Assembly: GCF_002571385.2 (NCBI RefSeq)
Contig: NW_019217800.1
Span: 811,137-875,136 of the forward strand
Reading direction: 5' to 3'
DNA: 64,000 bases
DNA from: Stylophora pistillata
Lineage: Eukaryota
Part shown: positions 63,201-64,000 of the stretch, in pieces
Position numbering within the stretch: position 1 is the first letter of the stretch
Layout: each line of letters opens with the position of its first letter
Notes under the pieces: generated by a model
What the model was told of the DNA's origin: nothing
The model's database searches: none
Seen by the model: only the letters and a program-made list of their open reading frames with translations
Made by a program: the position numbers and the translations under genes

Positions 63201-63917
63201 CAGATATGGTTATTTACGTAAACTGGTCGTTCTTAAAGTGATTAGCAAGAATTATTAAAAGAAGTCTTTCGCGGTTGCATAAACCTTGGGAATATTCTCA
63301 GCATTGTACAGATCGATAAACGTTTACTAAACCTTTCTTTTTTCCGCTTCTTTATGCTTATCTCCCTTTTCTTCCCTCTTAGTTTTTAACTTTGATATTC
63401 ACACTATGACACACTGTCAAATTTTCCGCGGAAGTGCCAACATTTTCGCCGAAAAGAATTGTCAAACTTAATTTTCGTGGTCCTTTTGTTGAGGCGGCTC
63501 GCGTATCACGTTCCTTACAATACGACCCTCCGGCAGTAAATAAGCTCATTAGTACGCTCATTCTGTTCACGAGGAAAATATTGAGCTTTTTCTTGTATTT
63601 AAGTATTCATAATTAATGGTGACGCCCAATTTCCTTTTGTCAAGTGGAAAATGATACCCATCTTAGTAGCTCAGTTTCGACGCGATTGAAATGAGCTGTC
63701 AATGCCATATCCTCGCGTCGAGTGATATGGTTGTTTACTAAAGCGGCCTAACAAATCGACAAACTCTCGTCGATAATTGCAAACGTATTGCTTACTTCTC
63801 ATTTCTACCGGTAAAGTTACTGAAATGCCGCGACTTTACATTTGGATTGATCCACCTTCTAGGCAAGCAGTCCGACTGAGATGTCCCGTGGACAGTTCAA
63901 GTATCGATTTGTCTCAG
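60284..63917 (+). CDS. TRAF4: TRAF4-like protein, 5' part only (exons 60284-60435 and 63863-63917; continues beyond the window)
   Basis: MPGYRAHFVPAVSENLLCRICHLPVRNAVQVSVCGHRFCDSCLNGAFSNTR|QAVRLRCPVDSSSIDLSQ closely resembles the TRAF4 N-terminus as I recall it (MPGFDYKF...LLCPLC..PMREPVQVSTCGHRFCDTCL...CPED). The phase-2 GT-AG intron is consistent. This gene is absent from the ORF track. Confidence 0.8.
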
Positions 63918-64000
63918 GTAAGAATTTTGTTTGTTGGTGATGCATCAACTTGAACCTCTTTGCTACATCTGCAACTAAAGTGTCTACTGGCGCTCATCCA

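Overview
This is AT-rich, intron-containing animal genomic DNA. The repeat families and gene content suggest a cnidarian, probably a stony coral (inference). I reconstructed eight spliced genes by hand from GT-AG junctions with consistent phases: (1) a 4-exon globin (+) with an N-terminal MGxxxS myristoylation-like motif; (2) IFT20 (-); (3) a KCTD10/KCTD13/TNFAIP1-family BTB protein (-); (4) BCKDK (+), divergent from the KCTD gene; (5) a CortBP2-domain-like coiled-coil gene (+); (6-7) two tandem 9-exon TRAF paralogs (+); (8) the first two coding exons of a TRAF4-like gene that runs off the right edge. Introns and intergenic DNA hold MITEs, SINE/LINE fragments, two near-perfect tandem arrays (78 bp and 53 bp) abutting assembly N joins, and two long fold-back elements with degenerate minimal hammerhead-ribozyme motifs (Penelope-like). 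Main points of interest: possible ancient IFT20-TNFAIP1/KCTD-BCKDK-TRAF4 linkage, the putatively membrane-anchored globin, a spacing-conserved promoter module shared by the TRAF duplicates, loss of a RING zinc ligand in one TRAF copy, and a candidate antisense spliced micro-ORF. No prokaryotic features, CRISPR arrays, rRNA or intact tRNA genes were seen. All identifications are by eye and from memory of the families; no database search was run.
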